From sequence record MW882907: a DNA stretch of 64,000 bases. One strand, written 5' to 3'. Source of the stretch: Escherichia phage vB_EcoM_SQ17. Shown in pieces: positions 1-12,333 of the stretch; position 1 is the stretch's first letter; each line of letters starts with the position of its first letter. Below the pieces are notes generated by a model that saw only the letters and a list, made by a program, of their open reading frames with translations, was not told the origin of the DNA and ran no database searches. The translations under genes and the position numbers were made by a program.

Positions 1-264
1 GAGTGGTCATTAACATTTGAAGTAAATGGATGGATGTATCCTCCGGTAGGCGCAGCAGAAGGCCTTATTAAAACGACTTATCTTGATTTTCATGCTAATG
101 AACGAGACCTTCAAACAGCCGCCAGCGTTTTTGAATCAGTTGATACAGAAATTAAACCGAGAGACGTTGAAGCCCAAGATTGGAATGGCGAAGTTGAACA
201 AACTTATACTCATGATATTCCAATCCCGACTCCACCAACCCCTCCTGGTCCTAGAAAACAATAA
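1..264 (+). CDS. 15: gp15 tail sheath stabilizer / tail completion protein, C-terminal fragment (5' end outside window)
   Basis: Reading frame open from window edge; sits immediately upstream of gene 16/17 as in T4; proline-rich C-terminus. Confidence 0.6.
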   Translation, partial: EWSLTFEVNGWMYPPVGAAEGLIKTTYLDFHANERDLQTAASVFESVDTEIKPRDVEAQDWNGEVEQTYTHDIPIPTPPTPPGPRKQ

Positions 265-2590
<2,326 letters not shown>

Positions 2591-2617
2591 AAATAAAGCA
2601 AATTAAGAGGAATTAAA

Positions 2618-4600
2618 ATGGCACTTCTCTCTCCGGGCGTTGAGCTCAAAGAAACTACCGTACAGAGTACTGTAGTTAATAACTCCACTGGTACTGCTGC
2701 CCTGGCTGGAAAATTCCAATGGGGACCTGCATTCCAGATTAAACAAATCACTGATGAAGTTGCATTAGTTGATATGTTTGGTACTCCTAATACAGATACA
2801 GCAGATTATTTCATGTCTGCTATGAACTTCCTTCAATATGGTAATGACCTTCGTGTTGTACGCGCAGTTGATCGTGATACTGCTAAGAACTCATCTCCTG
2901 TAGCAGGCAATATTGAATTCACAATCTCTGCTGCTGGTAGTAACTATGCAGTTGGTGATAAAATTATCGTTAAGTATTTGACCGAAACTGTTGAAGCAGA
3001 TGGTTATGTCACTTCAGTTGATGTCGATGGTAAAATTCTTAACATTTATATCCCAACCGGTAAAATTATTGCTCGTGCAAAAGAAATTAATGAATATCCG
3101 GCATTGGGTTCTAACTGGACCGCCGAAGTTGCCAGTTCTTCTTCTGGACTCTCTGGCGTTATTACAATTGGTTCTATCGTAACCGATTCAGGTATTCTGT
3201 TAACTGAAGTTGAAACTTCTGAAGAAGCTATTACTTCTCTAACTTTCCAAGAATCTATTAAAAAATATGATGTCCCAGGCGTAGTTGCTCTTTATCCTGG
3301 TGAACTTGGCGACCAGCTCGAAATTGAAATCGTATCTAAAGCAGACTATGACAAAGGTGCTTCAGCCCAGTTAAAAATTTATCCTGATGGTGGTACTCGT
3401 GCATCTACTGCTAAAGCAATCTTTGGGTATGGCCCACAAACTGATGACCAATATGCAATTATCGTTCGTCGTAACGATGCTGTAGTTCAGAGCGTAATTC
3501 TTTCTACTAAACGTGGTGAACGCGATATTTATGGTAGTAATATCTTTATTGATGATTTCTTTGCTAAAGGCGCAAGCAATTATATTTTCGCTACTGCACA
3601 AGGTTGGCCAAAAGGTTTCTCTGGCGTAATCAAACTGGGTGGCGGCTTATCATCTAATGAAACGGTTGACGCTGGTGATTTAATGGAAGCTTGGGATTTG
3701 TTTGCTGACCGCGAATCTGTTAATGCGCAGTTGTTTATTGCCGGTTCTTGTGCAGGTGAATCTTTAGAAGTTGCTTCTACAGTTCAGAAACATGTTGTAG
3801 CAATTGGTGATTCTCGCCAAGATTGCTTGGTTCTTTGCTCACCGCCACGTGCAACTATAGTCGGTATTCCTGTTAATCGTGCAGTTGATAATCTGGTTGA
3901 TTGGCGTACTGCGTCAGGAACTTACACTGATAATAACTTTAATGTAAGTTCTACTTACGCTGCTATTGACGGTAACTATAAATATCAATATGATAAATAT
4001 AATGATGTGAATCGTTGGGTTCCGTTAGCTGCTGATATCGCCGGTCTTTGTGCTCGCACAGACAATATTTCTCAGCCTTGGATGTCTCCTGCTGGTTATA
4101 ACCGTGGTCAAATTCTTAACGTTATTAAGCTTGCAATTGAAACTCGCCAACCACAGCGTGATCGTTTGTATCAAGAAGCTATTAACCCTGTTACTGGTAC
4201 CGGTGGTGATGGGTATGTTCTGTACGGTGATAAAACTGCCACTTCTGTTCCTTCACCATTTGACCGTATTAACGTTCGTCGTTTGTTCAATATGGTTAAA
4301 ACGAACATTGGTTCAGCATCTAAATATCGCCTGTTTGAATTGAACAACGCATTCACCCGTTCTTCTTTCCGTACAGAGACTTCCCAGTATCTACAGGGTA
4401 TTAAAGCTCTCGGTGGTGTATATAACTTTAAAGTTGTTTGTGATACTACCAATAACACCCCAGCAGTTATCGACCGTAATGAATTTGTAGCTACTTTCTA
4501 CTTACAACCTGCCCGCTCGATAAATTATATTACGTTGAACTTTGTAGCAACAGCAACTGGTGCCGATTTCGACGAACTAATTGGTGCTGTAGGTGGCTAA
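2618..4600 (+). CDS. 18: Tail sheath protein gp18
   Basis: 660 aa; N-terminus MALLSPGVELKETTVQSTVVNNSTGTAALAGKFQWGP matches T4 gp18; late promoter TATAAATA upstream. Confidence 0.97.
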   Translation: MALLSPGVELKETTVQSTVVNNSTGTAALAGKFQWGPAFQIKQITDEVALVDMFGTPNTDTADYFMSAMNFLQYGNDLRVVRAVDRDTAKNSSPVAGNIEFTISAAGSNYAVGDKIIVKYLTETVEADGYVTSVDVDGKILNIYIPTGKIIARAKEINEYPALGSNWTAEVASSSSGLSGVITIGSIVTDSGILLTEVETSEEAITSLTFQESIKKYDVPGVVALYPGELGDQLEIEIVSKADYDKGASAQLKIYPDGGTRASTAKAIFGYGPQTDDQYAIIVRRNDAVVQSVILSTKRGERDIYGSNIFIDDFFAKGASNYIFATAQGWPKGFSGVIKLGGGLSSNETVDAGDLMEAWDLFADRESVNAQLFIAGSCAGESLEVASTVQKHVVAIGDSRQDCLVLCSPPRATIVGIPVNRAVDNLVDWRTASGTYTDNNFNVSSTYAAIDGNYKYQYDKYNDVNRWVPLAADIAGLCARTDNISQPWMSPAGYNRGQILNVIKLAIETRQPQRDRLYQEAINPVTGTGGDGYVLYGDKTATSVPSPFDRINVRRLFNMVKTNIGSASKYRLFELNNAFTRSSFRTETSQYLQGIKALGGVYNFKVVCDTTNNTPAVIDRNEFVATFYLQPARSINYITLNFVATATGADFDELIGAVGG

Positions 4601-4611
4601 TAAGACGCCTG

Positions 4612-4633
4612 ATGGGCTATTTCGGTAGCCCAT
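4612..4633 (+). terminator. RNA stem-loop after gene 18 (ATGGGCTA-TTTCGG-TAGCCCAT); possible terminator or processing site
   Basis: 8-bp perfect inverted repeat abutting the gene 19 late promoter. Confidence 0.4.
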
Positions 4634-4640
4634 ATAAATA
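4633..4640 (+). promoter_or_regulatory. T4 late promoter core TATAAATA for gene 19
   Basis: Exact TATAAATA upstream of gene 19. Confidence 0.6.
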
Positions 4641-4712
4641 TATTATATCGTTTAAAAATTAATTCTATGGGCATCAGGTTAATCCTAAGCCCATATTACT
4701 ACAGAGGCTAAT

Positions 4713-5204
4713 ATGTTTGTAGATGACGTAACTCGTGCCTTCGAATCAGGTGATTTCGCTCGCCCTAACCTATTCGAAGTAGAAATCTCTTATCTTGGGC
4801 AAAACTTTAGCTTCCAGTGTCGTGCTACGGCTCTTCCTGCTGCGATCGTTGAAAAGGTTCCTGTTTCTTATATGAACCGTAAAATTAACGTGGCCGGTGA
4901 CCGTACATTCGATGATTGGACTATTACAGTAATGAACGACGATGCTCATAGTATTCGTCAGAAATTTGTTGATTGGCAAGGTATTGCAGCAGGACAAGGT
5001 AATGAAATTACCGGCGGTAAACCTGCTGAATATAAAAAGACTGCTATCGTTCGTCAATTTGCTCGTGATGCTAAAACTGTCACTAAAGAAGTTGAAATTG
5101 TTGGCTTGTGGCCTACTAACGTTGGTGAAGTATCTCTTGACTGGGACAGCAATAACGAGATTGAAACGTTCGAAGTAACTCTTGCTCTTGATTGGTGGGA
5201 ATAA
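4713..5204 (+). CDS. 19: Tail tube protein gp19
   Basis: 163 aa as in T4 gp19; follows gp18; late promoter upstream. Confidence 0.93.
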   Translation: MFVDDVTRAFESGDFARPNLFEVEISYLGQNFSFQCRATALPAAIVEKVPVSYMNRKINVAGDRTFDDWTITVMNDDAHSIRQKFVDWQGIAAGQGNEITGGKPAEYKKTAIVRQFARDAKTVTKEVEIVGLWPTNVGEVSLDWDSNNEIETFEVTLALDWWE

Positions 5205-5252
5205 TCTGGTTGGGGAGAAATCCCCAGCTTCCCGTGATGACGGAGAAGTCCA

Positions 5253-5260
5253 TATAAATA
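5253..5260 (+). promoter_or_regulatory. T4 late promoter core TATAAATA for gene 20
   Basis: Exact TATAAATA about 30 nt upstream of gene 20 start. Confidence 0.65.
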
Positions 5261-5288
5261 TAACTATAATTCCCATTCGGAGAATACA

Positions 5289-6860
5289 ATGAAATTTAAT
5301 ATCTTAAGTTTGTTTGCTCCATGGGCAAAAATGGACGAACGTGATTACAAAGACCAAGAAAAAGAAAATTTAGAATCGATCACCACACCAAAATTAGACG
5401 ACGGCGCTAAAGAATACGAAGTATCTGAAAATGAAGCACAGCAAACATATAATGCTATGTTTCAGAGAATGTTCGGTAGCCAAGAACCAGGGCTCAAATC
5501 AACCCGTGAATTAATCGATACGTATCGAAATTTGATGACGAACTATGAAGTGGATAATGCAGTCTCTGAAATAGTTTCTGATGCTATCGTATATGAAGAT
5601 GATACAGAAGTCGTTTCTATAAATTTAGATAACACAAAATTTAGTCCAAATATCAAATCAATGATGTTGGATGAATTTAACGAAGTGTTAAATCATTTAT
5701 CTTTCCAACGTAAAGGTTCAGATCATTTTAGACGTTGGTATGTGGATTCTCGAATTTTCTTCCATAAAATTATTGACCCTAAACGCCCTAAAGAAGGTAT
5801 TAAAGAGCTTCGTCGTTTAGACCCACGTCAAGTTCAATATGTCCGTGAAGTTATTACAACCACTGAAGCCGGTGTTAAAATAGTCAAGGGTTATAAAGAA
5901 TATTTCATTTATGACACATCACACGAATCTTATGCTTGTGATGGTCGCATATATGAAGCTGGCACAAAAATAAAAATCCCTAAAGCCGCGATTGTTTATG
6001 CCCATTCTGGTTTAGTTGATTGTTGTGGTAAAAATATCATTGGTTATTTGCATCGGGCTATTAAGCCGGCGAACCAATTAAAACTTCTTGAAGATGCCGT
6101 CGTAATTTATCGTATTACTCGTGCTCCTGATCGTCGTGTATGGTATGTTGATACAGGTAATATGCCTTCAAGAAAAGCAGCAGAACATATGCAACATGTT
6201 ATGAATACGATGAAAAACCGTATTGCATATGATGCTACTACAGGCAAGATTAAAAACCAGCAGCATATTATGTCGATGACCGAAGATTATTGGTTACAAC
6301 GACGTGATGGTAAAGCGGTAACAGAAGTTGATACATTGCCTGGTGCAGATAATACTGGAAATATGGAAGATGTACGTTGGTTCCGTAATGCGCTTTATAT
6401 GGCTTTACGTATTCCTATTACCCGTATTCCAAGTGACCAAGGTGGTATACAGTTTGATGCTGGTACTTCTATTACACGAGATGAATTGACATTTGGTAAA
6501 TTTATTCGTGAGCTGCAACATAAATTTGAAGAGATATTCCTAGACCCGCTTAAAACTAATTTAATTCTTAAAGGAATTATTACAGAAGATGAGTGGAATG
6601 ATGAAATAAATAATATTAAGATAAAATTTCATCGGGATAGTTATTTCTCGGAATTAAAGGATGCTGAGATTCTGGAGCGTCGCATTAATATGCTTCAGAT
6701 GGCCGAACCATTTATTGGTAAATATATTTCTCACAGAACAGCTATGAAAGATATTCTTCAGATGTCTGACGAGGAAATTGAACAAGAGGCTAAGCAAATT
6801 GAAGAAGAGTCGAAAGAGGCTCGTTTCCAAGACCCCGACCAAGAACAAGAGGATTTTTAA
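5289..6860 (+). CDS. 20: Portal vertex protein gp20
   Basis: 523 aa (T4 gp20 about 524 aa); conserved position; acidic C-terminus. Confidence 0.93.
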   Translation: MKFNILSLFAPWAKMDERDYKDQEKENLESITTPKLDDGAKEYEVSENEAQQTYNAMFQRMFGSQEPGLKSTRELIDTYRNLMTNYEVDNAVSEIVSDAIVYEDDTEVVSINLDNTKFSPNIKSMMLDEFNEVLNHLSFQRKGSDHFRRWYVDSRIFFHKIIDPKRPKEGIKELRRLDPRQVQYVREVITTTEAGVKIVKGYKEYFIYDTSHESYACDGRIYEAGTKIKIPKAAIVYAHSGLVDCCGKNIIGYLHRAIKPANQLKLLEDAVVIYRITRAPDRRVWYVDTGNMPSRKAAEHMQHVMNTMKNRIAYDATTGKIKNQQHIMSMTEDYWLQRRDGKAVTEVDTLPGADNTGNMEDVRWFRNALYMALRIPITRIPSDQGGIQFDAGTSITRDELTFGKFIRELQHKFEEIFLDPLKTNLILKGIITEDEWNDEINNIKIKFHRDSYFSELKDAEILERRINMLQMAEPFIGKYISHRTAMKDILQMSDEEIEQEAKQIEEESKEARFQDPDQEQEDF

Positions 6861-7090
6861 TGGACGATTTAATTCAAGCTATTAAATCAAACGACCTCGT
6901 TGCTACTCGAAAGTTTTTTGAAAGTGCAATGGCAGAAAAAACGGTTCGTTTGATTGAAGCACGCAAAGCAGAAATCGCTTCTCAATTTTTGATTGAAGGC
7001 GAAGAACCCGAAGAAGGAGAGAAAGCTTCGGAAGACGACGCTGATGAAGGCGATGACGACGAAGACGAAGATGATGAGGACGATGAATAA
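6860..7090 (+). CDS. 67: Prohead core protein gp67 with poly-acidic C-terminal tail
   Basis: 76 aa; Asp/Glu-rich tail; ATGA-type overlap with gp20 stop; T4 gene order. Confidence 0.85.
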   Translation: MDDLIQAIKSNDLVATRKFFESAMAEKTVRLIEARKAEIASQFLIEGEEPEEGEKASEDDADEGDDDEDEDDEDDE

Positions 7091-7515
7091 TGTATCTTAT
7101 CCCTGAATCTTATGAATTGGTACTCGAAAATGTCGAAGCACTTATTCCTGAAGCACAGGGCCGAATCGATGCATTGTCTTCTGCTCTCGATATTGACGAT
7201 ATAAATACTATTATCGAGAACATGCTTGAAACTGAAACGGATTTAGCTGTTGCAATGGCTTCCATTATTAATGAAGAACAGTTAAATGAGTTTATCGTTA
7301 AACATGTTTCTTCTCGTGGTGAAGTCACTCGCACTAAAGACCGTAAAACTCGTGAACGTAACGCGTTCCAAACAACTGGTCTTTCTAAAGCAAAACGTAG
7401 ACAAATCGCTCGTAAGGTCGTTAAAGCTAAAAAAGCTAACCCTTCAGGCCAAGTTAAAGGCTTGCGTAAGCGTAAAAAAGCTCTTAAACGTCGTAAAGCA
7501 TTAGGATTAAGCTAA
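7090..7515 (+). CDS. 68: Prohead core protein gp68
   Basis: 141 aa as in T4 gp68; basic C-terminus; gene order. Confidence 0.85.
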   Translation: MYLIPESYELVLENVEALIPEAQGRIDALSSALDIDDINTIIENMLETETDLAVAMASIINEEQLNEFIVKHVSSRGEVTRTKDRKTRERNAFQTTGLSKAKRRQIARKVVKAKKANPSGQVKGLRKRKKALKRRKALGLS

Positions 7516-8156
7516 TGAATAAACCCGAGTTACTTATTGAAACTTGGGGTCAACCCGGTGAGATTATTGATGGCGTTCCAATGTTGGAATCTCATGATGG
7601 AAAAGATTCTGGCTTAAAACCAGGGCTTTATATAGAAGGTATTTTTCTTCAGGCAGAGGTTGTTAACCGAAATAAACGTTTATATCCTAAACGCGTTTTG
7701 GAAAAAGCAGTAAGTGACTATATTAAAGAACAAGTCGAAACCAAACAAGCCCTTGGAGAATTAAACCATCCGCCTCGTGCAAATGTTGACCCCATGCAAG
7801 CCGCTATCATTATTGAAGATATGTGGTGGAAAGGAAACGATGTATATGGACGTGCTAGAATTATTGAAGGCGACCATGGTCCCGGCGATAAATTAGCTGC
7901 TAATATACGAGCTGGTTGGATTCCAGGTGTTTCCTCTCGTGGTCTTGGTTCTTTAACCGACACCAATAAAGGATACCGTATCGTGAACGAAGGATTTAAA
8001 TTAACCGTCGGCGTAGATGCTGTATGGGGACCTTCTGCTCCAGATGCTTGGGTTACTCCTAAACAAATATCAGAATCAGAAAATTCGGTGGAAATCACCA
8101 AAAACAGTGCTGACGAAGCATTTAAAGCTCTCGCAGAGAGTTTAAAAGCATTATAA
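7515..8156 (+). CDS. 21: Prohead core protease gp21
   Basis: 213 aa (T4 gp21 212 aa); gene order 68-21-22. Confidence 0.93.
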   Translation: MNKPELLIETWGQPGEIIDGVPMLESHDGKDSGLKPGLYIEGIFLQAEVVNRNKRLYPKRVLEKAVSDYIKEQVETKQALGELNHPPRANVDPMQAAIIIEDMWWKGNDVYGRARIIEGDHGPGDKLAANIRAGWIPGVSSRGLGSLTDTNKGYRIVNEGFKLTVGVDAVWGPSAPDAWVTPKQISESENSVEITKNSADEAFKALAESLKAL

Positions 8157-8158
8157 AT
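8151..8158 (+). promoter_or_regulatory. T4 late promoter core TATAAATA for gene 22
   Basis: Exact TATAAATA about 30 nt upstream of gene 22 start. Confidence 0.65.
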
Positions 8159-8189
8159 AATAATGTAATCTAAACCACAGGACACTAAA

Positions 8190-9002
8190 ATGATCAAAGA
8201 ACAACTTTTGAAAGAAGCTCAGAACATCGAGACTTCAGTTGCTCTTAATAGTGTTTTCGAATCAGTAGAACTGTCTCCGGACGTTAAAGCTAATTTCAGC
8301 ACTGTATTCGAAGCCACCGTTAAGCAGGAAGCAGTCAAACTGGCTGAATCTCATATCAAAGCCATCGCCGAAAAGGCCGAAGAAGAAGTTGAAAAGGCTA
8401 AAGAAGATGCTGAAGAGAAAGCTGATAAAAAATTGGCCGAACAAGCTTCTAAATTCCTAGACCATCTTGCAAAAGAATGGCTCGCAGAAAACCAAATCGC
8501 AGTTGATAAAGGCATTAAAGCTGATTTGTTCGAATCCATGCTTGGTGGTCTTAAAGAACTGTTTGTTGAACATAACGTTGTTGTTCCAGAAGAATCTGTA
8601 GATGTTGTAGCAGAAATGGAAGAAGAGCTGGCCGAACATAAAGAAGAAACCGCTCGTTTGTTCGAAGAAGTTACCAAACGTGATGCATATATCAATTACG
8701 TTCAGCGTGAAACCGCTATTATTGAAAGCGTAAAAGACCTGACTGAATCTCAGAAAGAAAAAGTTATTGGCCTGGTTGAAGGTATGGATTATTCTGACGC
8801 ATTTGGTACTAAGTTAACTGCTATTGTAGAAATGGTTAAAGGTTCTACTAAAGAAGAAACCGCTATTACCGAAAGTATAAATACAGTTGACAATGACGCT
8901 GCCGGTCTTAATTTTGTTGCCGAAGCAGTTGACACTACCACAACTCAGGTAGAACAGAATTCTAATGTAAGTTTATATGCGAAAGTCGCATCTCGTTTCT
9001 AA
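8190..9002 (+). CDS. 22: Prohead core scaffold protein gp22
   Basis: 270 aa, highly acidic/helical; T4 gp22 is 269 aa; gene order. Confidence 0.93.
   Translation: MIKEQLLKEAQNIETSVALNSVFESVELSPDVKANFSTVFEATVKQEAVKLAESHIKAIAEKAEEEVEKAKEDAEEKADKKLAEQASKFLDHLAKEWLAENQIAVDKGIKADLFESMLGGLKELFVEHNVVVPEESVDVVAEMEEELAEHKEETARLFEEVTKRDAYINYVQRETAIIESVKDLTESQKEKVIGLVEGMDYSDAFGTKLTAIVEMVKGSTKEETAITESINTVDNDAAGLNFVAEAVDTTTTQVEQNSNVSLYAKVASRF
8876..8883 (+). promoter_or_regulatory. T4 late promoter core TATAAATA for gene 23, inside 3' end of gene 22
   Basis: Exact TATAAATA; my recollection is that T4 also places the gene 23 late promoter within gene 22. Confidence 0.55.
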
Positions 9003-9019
9003 TTTAAAGGTTAACACAA

Positions 9020-10588
9020 ATGACTACTATCAAAACTAAAGCTCAGCTCGTAGACAAATGGAAAGAACTGCTGGAAGGTGAAGGCCTGCCGGAAATCGCT
9101 AATAGCAAGCAGGCTATTATCGCTAAAATCTTCGAAAACCAGGAAAAAGATTTCGAAGTATCCCCTGAATATAAAGACGAGAAAATCGCTCAGGCATTTG
9201 GTTCTTTCTTGACCGAAGCTGAAATTGGTGGTGACCACGGTTATAATGCTCAGAACATCGCAGCAGGTCAAACCTCTGGTGCAGTAACCCAGATTGGGCC
9301 GGCAGTTATGGGTATGGTTCGTCGTGCTATTCCTAATCTGATCGCTTTCGATATTTGTGGTGTTCAGCCTATGAACAGCCCTACCGGTCAGGTATTTGCT
9401 CTCCGTGCAGTATATGGTAAAGACCCTATCGCTGCTGACGCTAAAGAAGCTTTCCATCCGATGTATGCTCCAGACGCGATGTTCTCTGGTCAGGGTGCTG
9501 CTAAGAAATTCCCAGCTCTGGCTGCTAGCACACAAACCGTTGTAGGTGATATCTATACTCACTTCTTCCAGGACACTGGTACTGTGTATCTACAAGCTTC
9601 CGCTGTAGTAACAATTGATGCTGGCGCTACCGATGCAACTAAATTAGATGCTGAAATTAAGAAACAAATGGAAGCTGGTGCACTGGTAGAAATCGCTGAA
9701 GGTATGGCTACTTCTATCGCTGAACTTCAGGAAGGCTTCAATGGTTCTACCGACAACCCGTGGAACGAAATGGGCTTCCGTATCGACAAACAAGTTATTG
9801 AAGCTAAATCTCGTCAGCTGAAAGCAGCTTACTCCATCGAATTGGCACAAGACCTCCGTGCAGTACACGGTATGGATGCTGATGCTGAACTGAGCGGTAT
9901 TCTTGCTACTGAAATTATGCTGGAAATCAACCGTGAAGTTGTTGACTGGATTAACTACTCCGCTCAGGTTGGTAAATCTGGTATGACTAATATCGTTGGT
10001 TCTAAAGCTGGTGTATTTGACTTCCAGGACCCGATTGATATCCGTGGTGCTCGTTGGGCCGGTGAAAGCTTTAAAGCTCTGTTGTTCCAGATTGATAAAG
10101 AAGCAGTTGAAATTGCTCGTCAAACCGGCCGTGGTGAAGGTAACTTCATTATCGCTTCCCGTAACGTAGTTAACGTACTGGCTTCAGTTGATACTGGTAT
10201 TTCTTACGCTGCACAGGGTCTGGCTTCTGGTTTTAATACCGACACTACTAAATCTGTATTTGCCGGTGTACTTGGTGGTAAATACCGCGTATACATCGAC
10301 CAGTATGCTAAACAGGATTACTTCACCGTTGGTTACAAAGGTGCTAACGAAATGGATGCAGGTATTTACTATGCTCCTTACGTTGCACTTACCCCACTGC
10401 GTGGTTCCGATCCTAAGAACTTCCAGCCGGTAATGGGCTTTAAAACTCGTTACGGTATCGGTGTTAACCCGTTTGCTGAAAGTTCCCTGCAGGCTCCAGG
10501 TGCTCGCATCCAGTCCGGTATGCCGTCTATCCTGAACAGCCTTGGTAAGAACGCTTACTTTAGACGCGTCTACGTTAAAGGAATTTAA
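9020..10588 (+). CDS. 23: Major capsid protein gp23
   Basis: 522 aa; almost identical to recalled T4 gp23 (MTIKTKA..LLEGEGLPEIANSKQAIIAKIFENQEKDF...). Confidence 0.98.
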   Translation: MTTIKTKAQLVDKWKELLEGEGLPEIANSKQAIIAKIFENQEKDFEVSPEYKDEKIAQAFGSFLTEAEIGGDHGYNAQNIAAGQTSGAVTQIGPAVMGMVRRAIPNLIAFDICGVQPMNSPTGQVFALRAVYGKDPIAADAKEAFHPMYAPDAMFSGQGAAKKFPALAASTQTVVGDIYTHFFQDTGTVYLQASAVVTIDAGATDATKLDAEIKKQMEAGALVEIAEGMATSIAELQEGFNGSTDNPWNEMGFRIDKQVIEAKSRQLKAAYSIELAQDLRAVHGMDADAELSGILATEIMLEINREVVDWINYSAQVGKSGMTNIVGSKAGVFDFQDPIDIRGARWAGESFKALLFQIDKEAVEIARQTGRGEGNFIIASRNVVNVLASVDTGISYAAQGLASGFNTDTTKSVFAGVLGGKYRVYIDQYAKQDYFTVGYKGANEMDAGIYYAPYVALTPLRGSDPKNFQPVMGFKTRYGIGVNPFAESSLQAPGARIQSGMPSILNSLGKNAYFRRVYVKGI

Positions 10589-10615
10589 TGCTTTAACGTT
10601 AAAATACATAACCTT

Positions 10616-10645
10616 ATGGGAGACTTCGGTCTCCCATTCTTGTTT
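10616..10645 (+). terminator. Stem-loop terminator downstream of gene 23 (ATGGGAGAC-TTCG-GTCTCCCAT then T-rich)
   Basis: Perfect 9-bp stem with TTCG tetraloop followed by TCTTGTTTC. Confidence 0.7.
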
Positions 10646-10650
10646 CTATA

Positions 10651-10917
10651 CTATGCAATCTTAACTCGGCGGTTGATGATATCACGGAAGTCAATACGAT
10701 TTTCTTGGATTTTCAGCCAGTTACCAGATTTGTCTTTGGTATGGGTAGAATATTCACCGTTCCACCAGAAGTCAGTTTCATAAGCCAGGGCTTCGTATTT
10801 CTTAACCAATGCATTAACTGCATTACCGTTAGGATTGGTACCAAATTTTTCTACCAGAGCTTTGATGTCTTTGTCAAGGTTAGAAAGTGTGGTACGGATA
10901 AAGTTTAATTTGTTCAT
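10651..10917 (-). CDS. Hypothetical small protein (about 88 aa) transcribed antisense between genes 23 and 24
   Basis: ORF 10651..10932; likely start is second Met (MNKLNF) preceded by GAGGAG-type RBS; early-promoter motif immediately upstream. Confidence 0.55.
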   Translation of the reverse strand: MNKLNFIRTTLSNLDKDIKALVEKFGTNPNGNAVNALVKKYEALAYETDFWWNGEYSTHTKDKSGNWLKIQENRIDFRDIINRRVKIA

Positions 10918-10946
10918 TTTTAATCTCCTCATGTTTTGATAGGTCT

Positions 10947-10976
10947 ATAGTAACACAACACTTTTTGTGTGTAAAC
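10947..10976 (-). promoter_or_regulatory. T4-type early promoter (minus strand; -35 GTTTAC, 18-nt spacer, -10 TACTAT)
   Basis: Plus-strand ATAGTA ... GTAAAC pattern that recurs upstream of many minus-strand genes in this window. Confidence 0.5.
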
Positions 10977-10982
10977 CACTTT

Positions 10983-10990
10983 TATAAATA
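10983..10990 (+). promoter_or_regulatory. T4 late promoter core TATAAATA for gene 24
   Basis: Exact TATAAATA about 30 nt upstream of gene 24 start. Confidence 0.65.
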
Positions 10991-11020
10991 AAATTATATT
11001 CTCAATAAGGAAAAAATGCA

Positions 11021-12304
11021 ATGAGTAAAATCCAAAAATTATTGCGTGAATCTACAACGTCTATTAGCAACTCAATTGGTCGCCCAAATCTCGTTGCTTT
11101 GACTCGCGCTACGACTAAATTAATATATTCTGACATTGTAGCAACACAAAGAACTAATCAACCTGTTGCTGCTTTTTATGGTATCAAATATCTTAACCCA
11201 GGCAATGAATTTACATTTAAAACTGGTGCTACTTATGCTGGCGAAGTTGGATATGTAGACCGAGAAAAAATTACTGAACTCACAGAAGAATCAAAAGTCA
11301 CACTAAATAAAGGCGATTTTTTCAAATATAATAATATCGTCTATAAAGTGTTAGAAGATACACCGTTTGCAGATATTCAAGAAAGTGATCTAGAATTAGC
11401 TCTTCAGATTGCGGTCGTTCATTTAAAGGTACGGTTATTTTCAGATGCAGCGGTAACAAGCAAATTTGAAAGCTCTGATAGCGAAATTTCTGATGCAAGA
11501 TTCCAGATTAATAAATGGCAAACTTCAGTCAAATCTCGTAAACTTAAAACCGGCCTCACGGTTGAATTAGCGCAAGATTTGGAAGCGAATGGATTTGATG
11601 CCCCTAACTTCTTAGAAGATTTGCTTGCTACTGAAATGGCTGATGAAATTAATAAAGATATTCTTCAGTCTTTAATTACTGTATCGAAACGTTATAAAGT
11701 TACTGGAATTACTGACACCGGATTTATTGACTTGAGCTATGCATCTGCTCCAGAAGCAGGTCGTTCATTATATCGAATGGTGTGTGAAATGGTATCACAC
11801 ATTCAAAAAGAGACAACTTATACTGCAACGTTTTGTGTAGCCTCAGCTCGTGCAGCTGCTATTCTTGCTGCTTCCGGTTGGTTAAAACATAAGCCAGAAG
11901 ATGACAAGTATCTTTCACAAAATGCTTATGGATTCTTGGCAAATGGATTACCTCTTTACTGCGATACCAACAGTCCGTTAGATTATGTTATTGTGGGTGT
12001 TGTAGAAAATATCGGCGAAAAAGAAATTGTAGGGTCCATCTTTTACGCTCCATACACTGAAGGAGTAGATTTAGATGACCCGGAACATGTTGGTGCATTT
12101 AAAGTTGTAGTTGATCCAGAAAGCTTGCAACCGTCTATCGGATTATTGGTTAGATATGCTTTATCAGCAAATCCTTACACAGTAGCAAAAGATGAAAAAG
12201 AAGCGAGAATAATTGATGGCGGGGACATGGATAAAATGGCAGGACGTTCAGACTTGTCTGTTTTACTCGGTGTTAAATTGCCAAAAATCATCGTTGATGA
12301 ATAA
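11021..12304 (+). CDS. 24: Capsid vertex protein gp24
   Basis: 427 aa, same as T4 gp24; paralogue-like similarity to gp23 fold region; gene order. Confidence 0.95.
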   Translation: MSKIQKLLRESTTSISNSIGRPNLVALTRATTKLIYSDIVATQRTNQPVAAFYGIKYLNPGNEFTFKTGATYAGEVGYVDREKITELTEESKVTLNKGDFFKYNNIVYKVLEDTPFADIQESDLELALQIAVVHLKVRLFSDAAVTSKFESSDSEISDARFQINKWQTSVKSRKLKTGLTVELAQDLEANGFDAPNFLEDLLATEMADEINKDILQSLITVSKRYKVTGITDTGFIDLSYASAPEAGRSLYRMVCEMVSHIQKETTYTATFCVASARAAAILAASGWLKHKPEDDKYLSQNAYGFLANGLPLYCDTNSPLDYVIVGVVENIGEKEIVGSIFYAPYTEGVDLDDPEHVGAFKVVVDPESLQPSIGLLVRYALSANPYTVAKDEKEARIIDGGDMDKMAGRSDLSVLLGVKLPKIIVDE

Positions 12305-12331
12305 AAAAAGGGACCTTACGGTCCCTTTTTT
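12303..12331. terminator. Bidirectional stem-loop terminator between convergent genes 24 and rnlB
   Basis: A-run, GGGACC-TTAC-GGTCCC, T-run. Confidence 0.7.
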
Positions 12332-12333
12332 CG

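Noticed and set aside
4770-5276. 168-aa minus-strand ORF antisense to gp19, and similar antisense or nested ORFs inside essential genes (e.g. 460..660, 1635..1853, 2991..3182, 9011..9562, 22056..22394, 27688..27966, 35558..35860, 40855..41379, 49233..49712, 53677..53986, 60689..61036)
   Set aside because: They sit entirely within well-supported conserved genes on the opposite strand or in alternative frames, lack RBS/promoter context and have atypical composition; treated as spurious.
6990-7090. GA(C/T)GA(A/G) triplet repeats
   Set aside because: Coding low-complexity region: the poly-Asp/Glu C-terminal tail of gp67. Similar acidic tails occur in uvsW.1 and gp32.
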